From the UHGV virus genome UHGV-0141541: a stretch of 64,000 nt of DNA; one strand, 5' to 3'. The DNA comes from a virus. Both the position numbers and the translations under genes were made by a program. Each line of letters starts with the position of its first letter. Position 1 is the stretch's first letter. A model generated the notes under the pieces. The model searched no databases, was not told the DNA's origin, and saw nothing but the letters and a program-made list of their open reading frames with translations. Positions 19,690 through 28,760 of this stretch are shown piece by piece.

Positions 19690-19830
19690 CGCCGCCGTTC
19701 CTGAACCGGCATCGAGCCTTTTCCCGAAACCCACACAGGCAACTCGACCGTTTCCCTGAAAATCCCCAGCCGTTCCCCGAAGGCAACCCAGCCGTTTCTG
19801 TAGCGGGATGCAGCCTTTTCCCTGTATGGA
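19690..19830. repeat. iteron-like direct repeats, consensus RCCGTTTCCCGAA (6 copies)
   Basis: copies at about 19693, 19715, 19745, 19767, 19789 and 19811. Confidence 0.6.
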
Positions 19831-19859
19831 CCGAAGGCTAACCGTAGGGGTGTTACGGG

Positions 19860-20780
19860 GGGATAAAATCAGGAGTTGAATAAATACGAAAAAGGAGGCG
19901 ACACCCCTCCTTCCCTCCCCACTTATACATACCTGGCTTCTTCGCTATACATGTTGTGTTTTCTTCGTGTTTTATCTGTCTCAACCTCTCTATAGGCGTT
20001 AATGCTCACTCCTTCCAGAACGTTCTATACGGCGACTATTTCTGTTGGTGAATTGGGTGTGTTGTTCTCTCTGTCGGTGTATGTGGTTTCGTTCGTTTTG
20101 CGGTGGTTCTTCTATGGGGTGTTCTCGTCGTTTTGGTGATTGTTCTTCTCCGTGTATGGAGTAATGGCAGGTGGGCGATTCCTTTCGTTATTGTGTTTGA
20201 GTTGTTTGTCTGGAGTGCGTGAAGGGCTTTTGTAGTTATTCGTGTATTGGGTAATGGCGTTTCCCGTGATTGTTATGTTTCGTGTCTTTTGGGATTGAGA
20301 GAAACCTTGCGGTTACAGGCTTCGTTGGGGTTTCAGCGGTTCAGGTGTTTCTTCGCTGTTTGGGTAATGGCGTGTCGTGGGTATCGCGCGTATGAATGTT
20401 TTCGGATTGCCTGTGAAAGTTAGGTTGGTTGTCCGGTAGCCTGGGGAGAAGAGGTGGGTCTTTTCGGTAGCCTGCCATAAAGAGGTTGGTTGTTTTGGGT
20501 AATGGCATATGTGTTATTTGGTTGTTTTGTTATGCCTGAAAATAAGTTGTTTATATGGTTGTGTAACGCAACGGGAGCGATTTTGAGCGTGTGTTTTTGT
20601 TGGTAGTGTGTTGAGTCGTCTGTGGTGAAATTTGGACGCTGTGGCGCTATCTGCTGCGTAGAATTACGGGTATAAGAAGTGATGTGTGATAACGTCAATT
20701 TTTTAGACCAAATCGGGAGAAAGCGTTGATGTTTCGTTGATCTGTTATTTAGTTGTTTTCTTATTGGTATAAACAACCAT
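19860..20780. other. GT-rich noncoding tract with internal repeats (no credible ORF)
   Basis: strong G+T excess on the given strand; repeated GGGTAATGGC (about 4 copies) and a ~60-bp unit shared with 17259-17320. Confidence 0.5.
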
Positions 20781-20895
20781 AACCTATTGATATTTAATGA
20801 TGTGATTGCTGGTATGGGAGGGTAGTAGTGGCGATCAACGGGTTCTTATAGAAAAGAATCAAATTGTGACCGCCATTATCAATAAGTTGCAACCG

Positions 20896-21501
20896 TTAGT
20901 TGTTCAGATAAACATTTGGAACACGGACGTAGAACTTACTGTTACCGGTAAGTTCCAGAGTAATGTTAATGTCATTACCATTGTCTAGTGTAGCCGTCGC
21001 TCTATAGAACTTATCAGTTACCTTTTCGTCAATATTAACCTTGATGCATTTCGCCGCAGTAGAACCATTATGCTCTTTCAGAATAGTTGTCACGACAGGA
21101 CATGCGGCTTCCTCAATGACGCCATCTTCCTGTTTCGGTATTACAATGAAGAATACGTAAGCCAGCAAGGTAACGACTATAATAAATGGCAGTCTACTGC
21201 TCTTTGTTATAGTCGCACGCTTCCATAGGTAGATTGGTATGAAAACTATTCCCCATAAAATAGCAGGTGGCTCATAGCCGGATTCCGAAATCGCCATTCT
21301 GTCAGCCACTAATAATCCGATGGCAGCTAAACTTCCAATTAATACAGCATAATTTGCATACTCTTCGTTCGGAATGCCGAAGCAAATTGGAATAAAAGCT
21401 AAAATCCACGCATAAGTGTTATTCAAAGGTTTTTTTTGTTGGTTATTGGTTTCCATCACATCCATCTCATCACTTAAATTACTTGTATATATTATCAACA
21501 T
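20896..21501 (-). CDS. multi-pass membrane protein of unknown function
   Basis: 201 aa; several hydrophobic segments; lies in an AT-rich stretch; start uncertain (M1 or MDVMET). Confidence 0.5.
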   Translation of the reverse strand: MLIIYTSNLSDEMDVMETNNQQKKPLNNTYAWILAFIPICFGIPNEEYANYAVLIGSLAAIGLLVADRMAISESGYEPPAILWGIVFIPIYLWKRATITKSSRLPFIIVVTLLAYVFFIVIPKQEDGVIEEAACPVVTTILKEHNGSTAAKCIKVNIDEKVTDKFYRATATLDNGNDINITLELTGNSKFYVRVPNVYLNN

Positions 21502-21577
21502 TTAACAAACATAACCTAAACACACAGCAGATATAGCATTACAAACTCATTGTGAAAACCATTATCATAGGAAACGA

Positions 21578-21763
21578 TTAGATGAGATGGTCTAATTCAT
21601 CATCTATCATTGCTTTGACGCTGGAGTCATTCACTCCATATTTATTTATGAGCTGTTTCAGCTCTGGCGAAAACTGAAGGTAGATATCGTGGGCGTTTTT
21701 CACTGTAGGTTCAACGCCGCGCATTTCAAGCGCCTTTAGTAGATATGAGTCTTCTTTAAGCAT
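21578..21763 (-). CDS. hypothetical small protein
   Basis: 61 aa ORF, AT-rich region. Confidence 0.35.
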   Translation of the reverse strand: MLKEDSYLLKALEMRGVEPTVKNAHDIYLQFSPELKQLINKYGVNDSSVKAMIDDELDHLI

Positions 21764-21799
21764 AAATTCTCCGTTATCTAGTATGAAGCGATTGCCGGA

Positions 21800-22099
21800 T
21801 TACCATTGCCAGCACTCAAGCCCTTCAACGACCGGTGCGCCACAATCAAAATGTACAGAGTCAAAGCCTACATCAAGTACTTTCTGAATGTTCGCAATCG
21901 CGCCCTCGGATATACCGTATCGACGCAACTCATCTTTCCAGTCATCGTCCTGTAACCCGGCGTGGACAATGCAACCGTACTCAATTTGTGAAACCCAATC
22001 CAGCTCATTGCTTGCGATCATGAATCGGCAAGCATCTTCCTCTGATGTATGAGATGAGCTGATCAATGCCACCTGGTAGGCTTGGGTAATGTTCAACAT
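21800..22099 (-). CDS. hypothetical protein
   Basis: ORF track 21800-22108; start moved to MLNITQ (RBS GGAG); motif family 1 copy at 22113-22145. Confidence 0.45.
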   Translation of the reverse strand: MLNITQAYQVALISSSHTSEEDACRFMIASNELDWVSQIEYGCIVHAGLQDDDWKDELRRYGISEGAIANIQKVLDVGFDSVHFDCGAPVVEGLECWQW

Positions 22100-22210
22100 T
22101 TCAACCACTCCAAAACAAGTTGTTTTCTTATGTGGTTTATTATCTCCATCAACAAAAGGCAGAAAACAAATTGTTTTAGGTACTGTGTAAATCAGAAGGG
22201 ATTGTGTCTA

Positions 22211-22240
22211 TATGAAAATGCCCGGCGTGTTGCCGGGCAT
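22211..22240 (-). terminator. metG intrinsic terminator
   Basis: hairpin ATGCCCGGC-AACACG-CCGGGCAT followed by TTTTCAT on the minus strand, about 20 bp after the metG stop. Confidence 0.6.
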
Positions 22241-22260
22241 TGCGAAGAGAGGTTGTTTAA

Positions 22261-24294
22261 TTACTTAACCTGGTGGCCAGGTTTAGCACCAGCATCCGGG
22301 CTTAACAGGAAGATATCTTTCCCGCCGGGGCCAGCAGCCATCACCATGCCTTCAGAGATACCGAAGCGCATTTTACGCGGAGCCAGGTTAGCCACCATAA
22401 TGGTGTGACGACCAATCAGTGCCTGTGGATCTGGATAAGCGGAACGGATGCCTGAGAAGACATTACGCTTTTCACCACCGAGATCCAGCGTCAGGCGAAG
22501 CAGTTTGTCAGAACCTTCGACAAACTCCGCGTTTTCAATCAGCGCCACACGCAGGTCAACTTTGGCGAAGTCGTCAAAGGTGATGGTTTCCTGAATCGGG
22601 TCGTCAGCCAGTGGGCCAGTTACCGGTGCAGCTGTGGCTTTCACTTCTTCTTTGGATGCTTCCACCAGTGCTTCCACCTGTTTCATATCGATACGGTTAT
22701 ACAGTGCCTTGAACGGATTCACTTTATGGCCCAGCAGCGGTTGCTGGATACCATCCCAAGTCAGTTCTGTATTCAGGAATGCTTCTGCACGTTCAGTCAG
22801 TTTCGGCAGTACCGGTTTCAGGTACGTCATCAGCACGCGGAACAGGTTAATGCCCATAGAGCAAATCGCCTGCAGATCGGCATCGCGTCCTTCCTGCTTC
22901 GCCACCACCCACGGAGCCTGTTCATCGACATAGCGGTTAGCCAGATCAGCCAGCGCCATGATTTCACGAATCGCTTTACCAAATTCGCGGCTTTCCCATG
23001 CTTCACCAATCACTTCAGCGGCATCAGTAAAGGTTTTGTACAGTTGCGGGTCAGCCAGTTCGCCTGCCAGCACACCGTCAAAACGCTTATTGATAAAGCC
23101 CGCGTTACGGGACGCCAGATTCACCACTTTGTTCACGATATCGGCATTCACGCGCTGAACGAAATCCTCCAGGTTGAGATCGATATCATCAATGCGCGAA
23201 GAGAGTTTCGCAGTGTAGTAGTAACGCAGGCTGTCAGCGTCAAAATGATTCAGCCAGGTGCTGGCTTTAATAAAGGTGCCGCGAGACTTGGACATCTTCG
23301 CACCGTTCACCGTCACATAGCCATGAACAAACAGGTTGGTCGGCTTGCGGAAGTTGCTGCCTTCCAGCATGGCAGGCCAGAACAGGCTGTGGAAGTAAAC
23401 GATATCTTTACCGATGAAGTGGTACAGCTCGGCGGTGGAGTCTTTCTTCCAGTATTCGTCGAAGCTGGTAGTGTCGCCGCGTTTGTCGCACAGATTCTTG
23501 AAGGAACCCATGTAGCCAATCGGTGCGTCCAGCCAGACGTAGAAGTATTTGCCCGGTGCGTTCGGAATTTCAAAACCGAAGTAAGGTGCGTCACGGGAGA
23601 TATCCCACTGTTGCAGGCCAGATTCAAACCACTCCTGCATTTTGTTTGCCACCTGCTCCTGCAACGCACCGCTGCGGGTCCATGCCTGCAACATTTCGCT
23701 GAAAGAAGGCAGATCAAAGAAGAAGTGTTCGGAATCACGCATTACCGGTGTAGCGCCAGAAACCACTGATTTCGGCTCGATCAGTTCCGTCGGGCTGTAG
23801 GTCGCGCCGCAGACTTCACAGTTATCGCCGTATTGATCCGGCGCTTTACATTTCGGGCATGTGCCTTTTACAAAACGGTCCGGCAGGAACATGCCTTTTT
23901 CCGGGTCGTACAGCTGAGAGATGGTGCGGTTTTTAATAAAACCGTTCTCTTTCAGGCGAGTATAGATAAGCTCGGACAACTGACGGTTCTCTTCGCTGTG
24001 CGTCGAGTGATAGTTGTCATAGCTGATGTTAAAGCCTGCGAAATCAGTCTGATGTTCCTGACTCATTTCGCCAATCATCTGTTCCGGTGTGATACCAAGC
24101 TGCTGTGCTTTCAGCATGATTGGCGTACCGTGGGCATCGTCGGCACAGATGAAATTAACCTCGTGGCCGCGCATTCGCTGGTAACGAACCCAGACATCAG
24201 CCTGGATGTGCTCCAGCATATGGCCGAGGTGGATTGAGCCGTTAGCGTACGGCAGCGCGCACGTCACCAGAATTTTCTTCGCGACTTGGGTCAT
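22261..24294 (-). CDS. metG: methionine--tRNA ligase, host-type
   Basis: 677 aa starting [26 protein letters not shown] (HIGH motif), KMSKS present, C-terminal tRNA-binding domain; the 720-aa ORF-track start is an upstream extension. Confidence 0.95.
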   Translation of the reverse strand: MTQVAKKILVTCALPYANGSIHLGHMLEHIQADVWVRYQRMRGHEVNFICADDAHGTPIMLKAQQLGITPEQMIGEMSQEHQTDFAGFNISYDNYHSTHSEENRQLSELIYTRLKENGFIKNRTISQLYDPEKGMFLPDRFVKGTCPKCKAPDQYGDNCEVCGATYSPTELIEPKSVVSGATPVMRDSEHFFFDLPSFSEMLQAWTRSGALQEQVANKMQEWFESGLQQWDISRDAPYFGFEIPNAPGKYFYVWLDAPIGYMGSFKNLCDKRGDTTSFDEYWKKDSTAELYHFIGKDIVYFHSLFWPAMLEGSNFRKPTNLFVHGYVTVNGAKMSKSRGTFIKASTWLNHFDADSLRYYYTAKLSSRIDDIDLNLEDFVQRVNADIVNKVVNLASRNAGFINKRFDGVLAGELADPQLYKTFTDAAEVIGEAWESREFGKAIREIMALADLANRYVDEQAPWVVAKQEGRDADLQAICSMGINLFRVLMTYLKPVLPKLTERAEAFLNTELTWDGIQQPLLGHKVNPFKALYNRIDMKQVEALVEASKEEVKATAAPVTGPLADDPIQETITFDDFAKVDLRVALIENAEFVEGSDKLLRLTLDLGGEKRNVFSGIRSAYPDPQALIGRHTIMVANLAPRKMRFGISEGMVMAAGPGGKDIFLLSPDAGAKPGHQVK

Positions 24295-24451
24295 AGTAGG
24301 CATTACTTCTTTGTAGTGAAAAGGGGCTTGATAGTAACAAAATGGCCTTATGTCTGCCATGTGATAACAGCATTTCTCATAAATGATTAAATGTCGTAGC
24401 TGGAGTACACTACAAGGCGACAATTGCGCAAATTAAAATAAAGGAGACGGG

Positions 24452-25552
24452 ATGAGCGAGTCCAAATCGCCGGATGCCCTGAGAGCAATGGTAGCCGGTA
24501 CGCTGGCTAATTTTCAGCACCCAACCCTGAAACACAACCTGACTACGCTTAAAGCGTTACACCATGTTGCGTTGATGGATGACACACTGCATGTCGAACT
24601 AATCATGCCTTTCGTGTGGAATAAGCCTTTTGAAGACCTGAAAGAGCAATGTAGTGGTGATCTGCTCCGTATCACTGGCGCAAAGGCTATTGACTGGAAG
24701 CTGTCGTACAACATTGCCACGCTTAAGCGCGTCAAAAACCAACCAGGCATTAATGGCGTTAAGAACATTATCGCCGTCAGCTCAGGCAAGGGCGGCGTGG
24801 GTAAATCCTCCACGGCGGTAAACCTGGCACTGGCGTTGGCTGCTGAAGGTGCGAAAGTTGGTATTTTGGATGCCGATATCTATGGTCCATCAATTCCAAC
24901 CATGCTGGGCGCGGAAAACCAACGTCCAACCTCACCTGACGGTACTCACATGGCACCTATCATGTCTCATGGCCTGGCAACCAACTCTATTGGTTATCTG
25001 GTCACCGACGACAATGCAATGGTGTGGCGTGGACCGATGGCCAGCAAGGCGCTGATGCAGATGTTGCAGGAAACTCTATGGCCTGATCTGGACTATCTCG
25101 TTCTCGATATGCCGCCGGGCACTGGTGATATTCAGTTGACGCTGGCGCAGAACATTCCTGTAACTGGTGCGGTTGTGGTAACTACGCCGCAAGACATCGC
25201 GCTGATCGATGCGAAGAAAGGCATTGTGATGTTCGAAAAAGTCGAAGTGCCGGTACTGGGTATCGTTGAAAACATGAGTGTGCATATTTGCAGTAACTGC
25301 GGTCATCACGAGCCAATTTTTGGCACCGGTGGCGCACAGAAACTGGCCGAGAAATACAACACGCAGTTGTTAGGCCAAATGCCACTTCATATCTCTCTTC
25401 GTGAAGATCTGGATAACGGAACACCAACCGTTATTAGTCGTCCAGATAGCGAATTTACAGCTATTTATCGTGACCTCGCAGATCGCGTTGCTGCCCAAAT
25501 GTATTGGCAAGGTGAAGTAATACCTGGCGAAATCGCATTCCGCGCAGTGTGA
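24452..25552 (+). CDS. apbC: iron-sulfur cluster carrier protein ApbC/Mrp, host-type
   Basis: 366 aa; deviant Walker A SSGKGGVGKSS, CxxC motif (CSNCGH); divergent from metG with 157-bp intergenic region, the arrangement I recall for E. coli. Confidence 0.93.
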   Translation: MSESKSPDALRAMVAGTLANFQHPTLKHNLTTLKALHHVALMDDTLHVELIMPFVWNKPFEDLKEQCSGDLLRITGAKAIDWKLSYNIATLKRVKNQPGINGVKNIIAVSSGKGGVGKSSTAVNLALALAAEGAKVGILDADIYGPSIPTMLGAENQRPTSPDGTHMAPIMSHGLATNSIGYLVTDDNAMVWRGPMASKALMQMLQETLWPDLDYLVLDMPPGTGDIQLTLAQNIPVTGAVVVTTPQDIALIDAKKGIVMFEKVEVPVLGIVENMSVHICSNCGHHEPIFGTGGAQKLAEKYNTQLLGQMPLHISLREDLDNGTPTVISRPDSEFTAIYRDLADRVAAQMYWQGEVIPGEIAFRAV

Positions 25553-25553
25553 T

Positions 25554-25580
25554 AAAAAGGCGGTGCATTGCACCGCCTAA
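25554..25580. terminator. bidirectional hairpin terminator between apbC and the UmuD'-like gene
   Basis: AGGCGGTGCA-TT-GCACCGCCT flanked by A-run and T-rich sequence. Confidence 0.55.
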
Positions 25581-25589
25581 TCAGTTCTC

Positions 25590-25979
25590 CTACATCACGG
25601 GACAATCATCAAACTCGCCACTTCTTGCGTCGTTGATAATGTGAGTGATCACACCAAACACGGCATTGCTGCCCGTGCATCCATCGTCATCCTTTGGCAA
25701 TGCTTCCTTCTTACCGGTTCTTAAATCCTCCAGATGCTGACGTGGGTACTTCCGGTATCTTTTTACGCGATATTCCCCATCCAGAGCGCATACAAGCAGA
25801 GAACCATCAACCGGGGTAAGTGAGGAATCGACCACCAGCAATGCACCCTGTAATATTCCCTCACGATGATGACTATCAGCTGCCCTCATGAAGTAGGTCG
25901 CTGAAGGATGTCTAATTATCTGCTGATCAAGAGAAATACGGCTCTCAGCATAATCCGCCGCAGGAGAAGGGAAGCCCAT
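25590..25979 (-). CDS. UmuD'-like protein (P1 HumD-like), lacking the N-terminal cleavable arm
   Basis: 129 aa starting MGFPSPAADY, matching E. coli UmuD from Gly25 (the UmuD' start); ADSH in place of GDSM. Confidence 0.75.
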   Translation of the reverse strand: MGFPSPAADYAESRISLDQQIIRHPSATYFMRAADSHHREGILQGALLVVDSSLTPVDGSLLVCALDGEYRVKRYRKYPRQHLEDLRTGKKEALPKDDDGCTGSNAVFGVITHIINDARSGEFDDCPVM

Positions 25980-26152
25980 AGCGTTTTCACCTCAAAATAC
26001 TGTTTATCCATACAGTATACATTAAAGAAGCACCTTTGGTGCAAACGCGTTATGTACATCAACCACCGCTGATGACTTTGTGCGCTTTGCTACTATTCAT
26101 CACCGCTGGATCAGCGTAACCTCGTTACTAATCAATTAATAAGGAATTAGCC

Positions 26153-26629
26153 ATGCCTGCCCGCATTCCTCTCGATCCTGCATTGCCCAAAAATTTTGAC
26201 TGCACTCCTAACGAGAAACGCTCCAAAGCCCAGCTGGACGCCTGGTGGAACCATCCCTATGGAGTTACAGAACCTGACGGGAAAATTGTTGTTTATTGTC
26301 TGAATGGTGGGGCGTGGGACCGTCCATCCATGCTTTGTTTGGCAGATAACTATGATGAAGCCTGTGAACTTGCCGAAAGACAGCAGGCCAGCTGGGTAAA
26401 AACACGGTCTGAACCGACATTCATGTTTTCAAAAGAACCGCCATTTATACTGGCAAGGATGCCGCAGCGACCGGATCATCAACAAGAAATTGTTGCTGAA
26501 TTTTCCTCAAGGGATGAGATGAATCTCTTCTCATTAAGGCAGGAAGAAAGGGATCACGTCGAAGTGTCTCCAACTCTTGATCACAACCGGATGAACCTGG
26601 CCAACTCGCCTGGTACAGCAAAGAATTAG
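26153..26629 (+). CDS. hypothetical protein
   Basis: 158 aa ORF, no motif recognised. Confidence 0.5.
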   Translation: MPARIPLDPALPKNFDCTPNEKRSKAQLDAWWNHPYGVTEPDGKIVVYCLNGGAWDRPSMLCLADNYDEACELAERQQASWVKTRSEPTFMFSKEPPFILARMPQRPDHQQEIVAEFSSRDEMNLFSLRQEERDHVEVSPTLDHNRMNLANSPGTAKN

Positions 26630-26798
26630 AGATGTCTATTGCCCGACTTGAAAACGAAAAAGCCGCTATCCAAGCCCAGCATGAAGGGGTAGTGACCGGG
26701 TAGCTACGAGAACTGCCAACTATTCGGAAAAACGTACGCTAATTAGCGTACGTTTTCATTCCATTGGGCTTCAGACGCCTTCACCGTCTTGTTCTTTG

Positions 26799-27728
26799 CT
26801 ACGGATATTCGTAATGCATGTTTTCATCCGGATAAGGGTTGTCAAACGCATTTGCAGAAACACGGATCGTCAAATTATCCGATAATCCTTCGATCATCTC
26901 CAAAATCTCAGGCGGACAACTTTTGTCAAAGGTCAACACAAAGTCATAGATCAAACCGTCATCACTACTGTTTTCCTGTGTGTCCCATTCCAGCAATTCA
27001 AGATCTTCGTCTGTTATGCCAAGCTCCGCTGCCAGTCTGCTCTGAGAAGGTTTGCCATACTTTAGCTCCGGGTCAACCCTGTCGTCATTGACGCAGCCTC
27101 CAGCTTCAAGCTCGAAATCGTAAAAACCGCGCTTGCCAGCCATGCGGGGCAATATCACCTTCACAACTATATCAAGGGTGTCACCACAGAACGGCCTATC
27201 GTCCAGAGTCTCGCCCTTGTACTGGGTTTTGGCAATAGCCACCAATTTGTCACCACGATCCTCGATTTGCACATCGTCATAATAAGCATCGAAAAATTCC
27301 GCATTGGTTTCAGCCATCAAACCGGAAAGCTGGTCATCTATAAGAGATTGGCAATCGGGTAGTAAGACTTCGACAATATAGTTTTCAAGTGTGTCATGGA
27401 TCCAGACATTTCCACCACATAGCCCTTCACTGGTAAGCATGTCTGATAGAAGCCTGGCGAGGTCAATTGACTGGGTAAGGTCATTTGGCAAACCGTTGAG
27501 TTTCGAGCGTCTGTCATTCATCAACGGTATATCAGGAATGAAGATATATGCCTCTTCGAGCTGAACCAGCGGGTAGGTCTTCTCGGCCATGAGTGCCGCA
27601 TGGCTCTTGTAACCGAAAAATGCTGCAACCAGCTCTCTTGCATGTGAAGCTTTTAGTTTTTCAGTGGATTGGGAAACATGATTTTGACGTAGGAAATCTG
27701 CGCAAAGTTTTGAGAGATCGGTACTCAT
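26799..27728 (-). CDS. highly acidic hypothetical protein
   Basis: 309 aa with a large excess of D/E over K/R; no motif recognised. Confidence 0.55.
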   Translation of the reverse strand: MSTDLSKLCADFLRQNHVSQSTEKLKASHARELVAAFFGYKSHAALMAEKTYPLVQLEEAYIFIPDIPLMNDRRSKLNGLPNDLTQSIDLARLLSDMLTSEGLCGGNVWIHDTLENYIVEVLLPDCQSLIDDQLSGLMAETNAEFFDAYYDDVQIEDRGDKLVAIAKTQYKGETLDDRPFCGDTLDIVVKVILPRMAGKRGFYDFELEAGGCVNDDRVDPELKYGKPSQSRLAAELGITDEDLELLEWDTQENSSDDGLIYDFVLTFDKSCPPEILEMIEGLSDNLTIRVSANAFDNPYPDENMHYEYP

Positions 27729-28222
27729 AGTAGTGATCCTGTCTTAACAATGCTGGACTTTAAAAGTAGTGGTAAGTGTTTAAGTCACTACGCTTGCCAG
27801 CATGGTTAATAAAGATCAACTGTCATTGGCAGGTAGTTCGACTTGCTGTCTTTTAGGTCACTTACAGCCTTGGCAATCAGCTCCGATACCTAAGATACCA
27901 GAATGGCCGATTTTAGCAAGACGAATAAATGATGCTTTCAGCTAGCCATGTCCTAGCATGGCCAGATTTTGGGTGTTCGTATTTATTTCATTGACCAGCA
28001 TTATAATCGTTAATCTGGTTACTCGGAGACGGGCTGCAACATCGAGCGCAGCGCGTGAAGGTGGAAGGATAAAAGTTGGCAGTTATCTCAGCTACCCGGT
28101 CACTCTCCCATGAAGTAGTTCTGAACCGGATTAGAGAAATGCAAAACGATAACAGAGGCTAAATCGAGGTAGAAAACACATTATTTAAGGCCACTAATTG
28201 TGGCCTTAAAGGGGAGAGATGC

Positions 28223-28747
28223 TTATTGGCTATGGCTAAAAATCAAATGAGACACTTCATGTGGTTGTAGCTCGTCAAGATCCGGTGCCACAAAACCTTT
28301 TCCGAAAGACTTCACAAGTGATTCACCAGCCGCATCCTTGTCACCTATTACACGAAAGTCATACGGCAGCATTGCAAGTTGACGACGTAATCCAGCTGAG
28401 AAAGTCGAACCTAACAGCGCCCATGAATTTCCGCCCGCGTTGTGCACTGCTGCACTTTTAAAAATCGACTCAGTTATCCATATTGGGCCATCTTTTAAAG
28501 GAAGATAGGTTCCCCAAAGTAACTGTCTGCCGTGTGATCGCGTGAAATACCGGGCCATCTTCGGATTGCTATGCTGCTTAGGAGCGCCTGGTCTGTATGT
28601 CTGATACCCAGCCAACATCCCATCAAACCTGTATAGAGGGAATGTAACAACTCCTTCGCTTTCATCGATCCACTGTCTATATGGGTGTATATCATGGCGG
28701 TAGTTACGAGTCAGCAAATGAGCTTCCAGCTTTCCAAATTTGGTCAT
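28223..28747 (-). CDS. putative Toprim-domain protein (primase-like catalytic core?)
   Basis: ORF track 28223-28786; start moved to MTKFGK (RBS GAGGGA); conserved Glu in ITES plus DxD-type VIGDKDAAGE resembles a Toprim signature; weak. Confidence 0.35.
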   Translation of the reverse strand: MTKFGKLEAHLLTRNYRHDIHPYRQWIDESEGVVTFPLYRFDGMLAGYQTYRPGAPKQHSNPKMARYFTRSHGRQLLWGTYLPLKDGPIWITESIFKSAAVHNAGGNSWALLGSTFSAGLRRQLAMLPYDFRVIGDKDAAGESLVKSFGKGFVAPDLDELQPHEVSHLIFSHSQ

Positions 28748-28760
28748 AACTTCGCATCCC

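Noticed and set aside
20420-20776. 118-aa ORF on the minus strand inside the GT-rich tract
   Set aside because: Low-complexity translation (Q/T/N/P-rich), no RBS, lies in a repeat-rich noncoding region; treated as spurious.
22726-23769. 347-aa plus-strand ORF antisense to metG, and similar long antisense ORFs inside nrdA, the helicase and rep
   Set aside because: Fully contained within well-supported genes on the opposite strand; no independent support.
22261-24423. 720-aa ORF-track version of metG with a 43-aa N-terminal extension
   Set aside because: The canonical MetG start ([10 protein letters not shown]) is internal at 24294; the extension runs through the metG promoter region.
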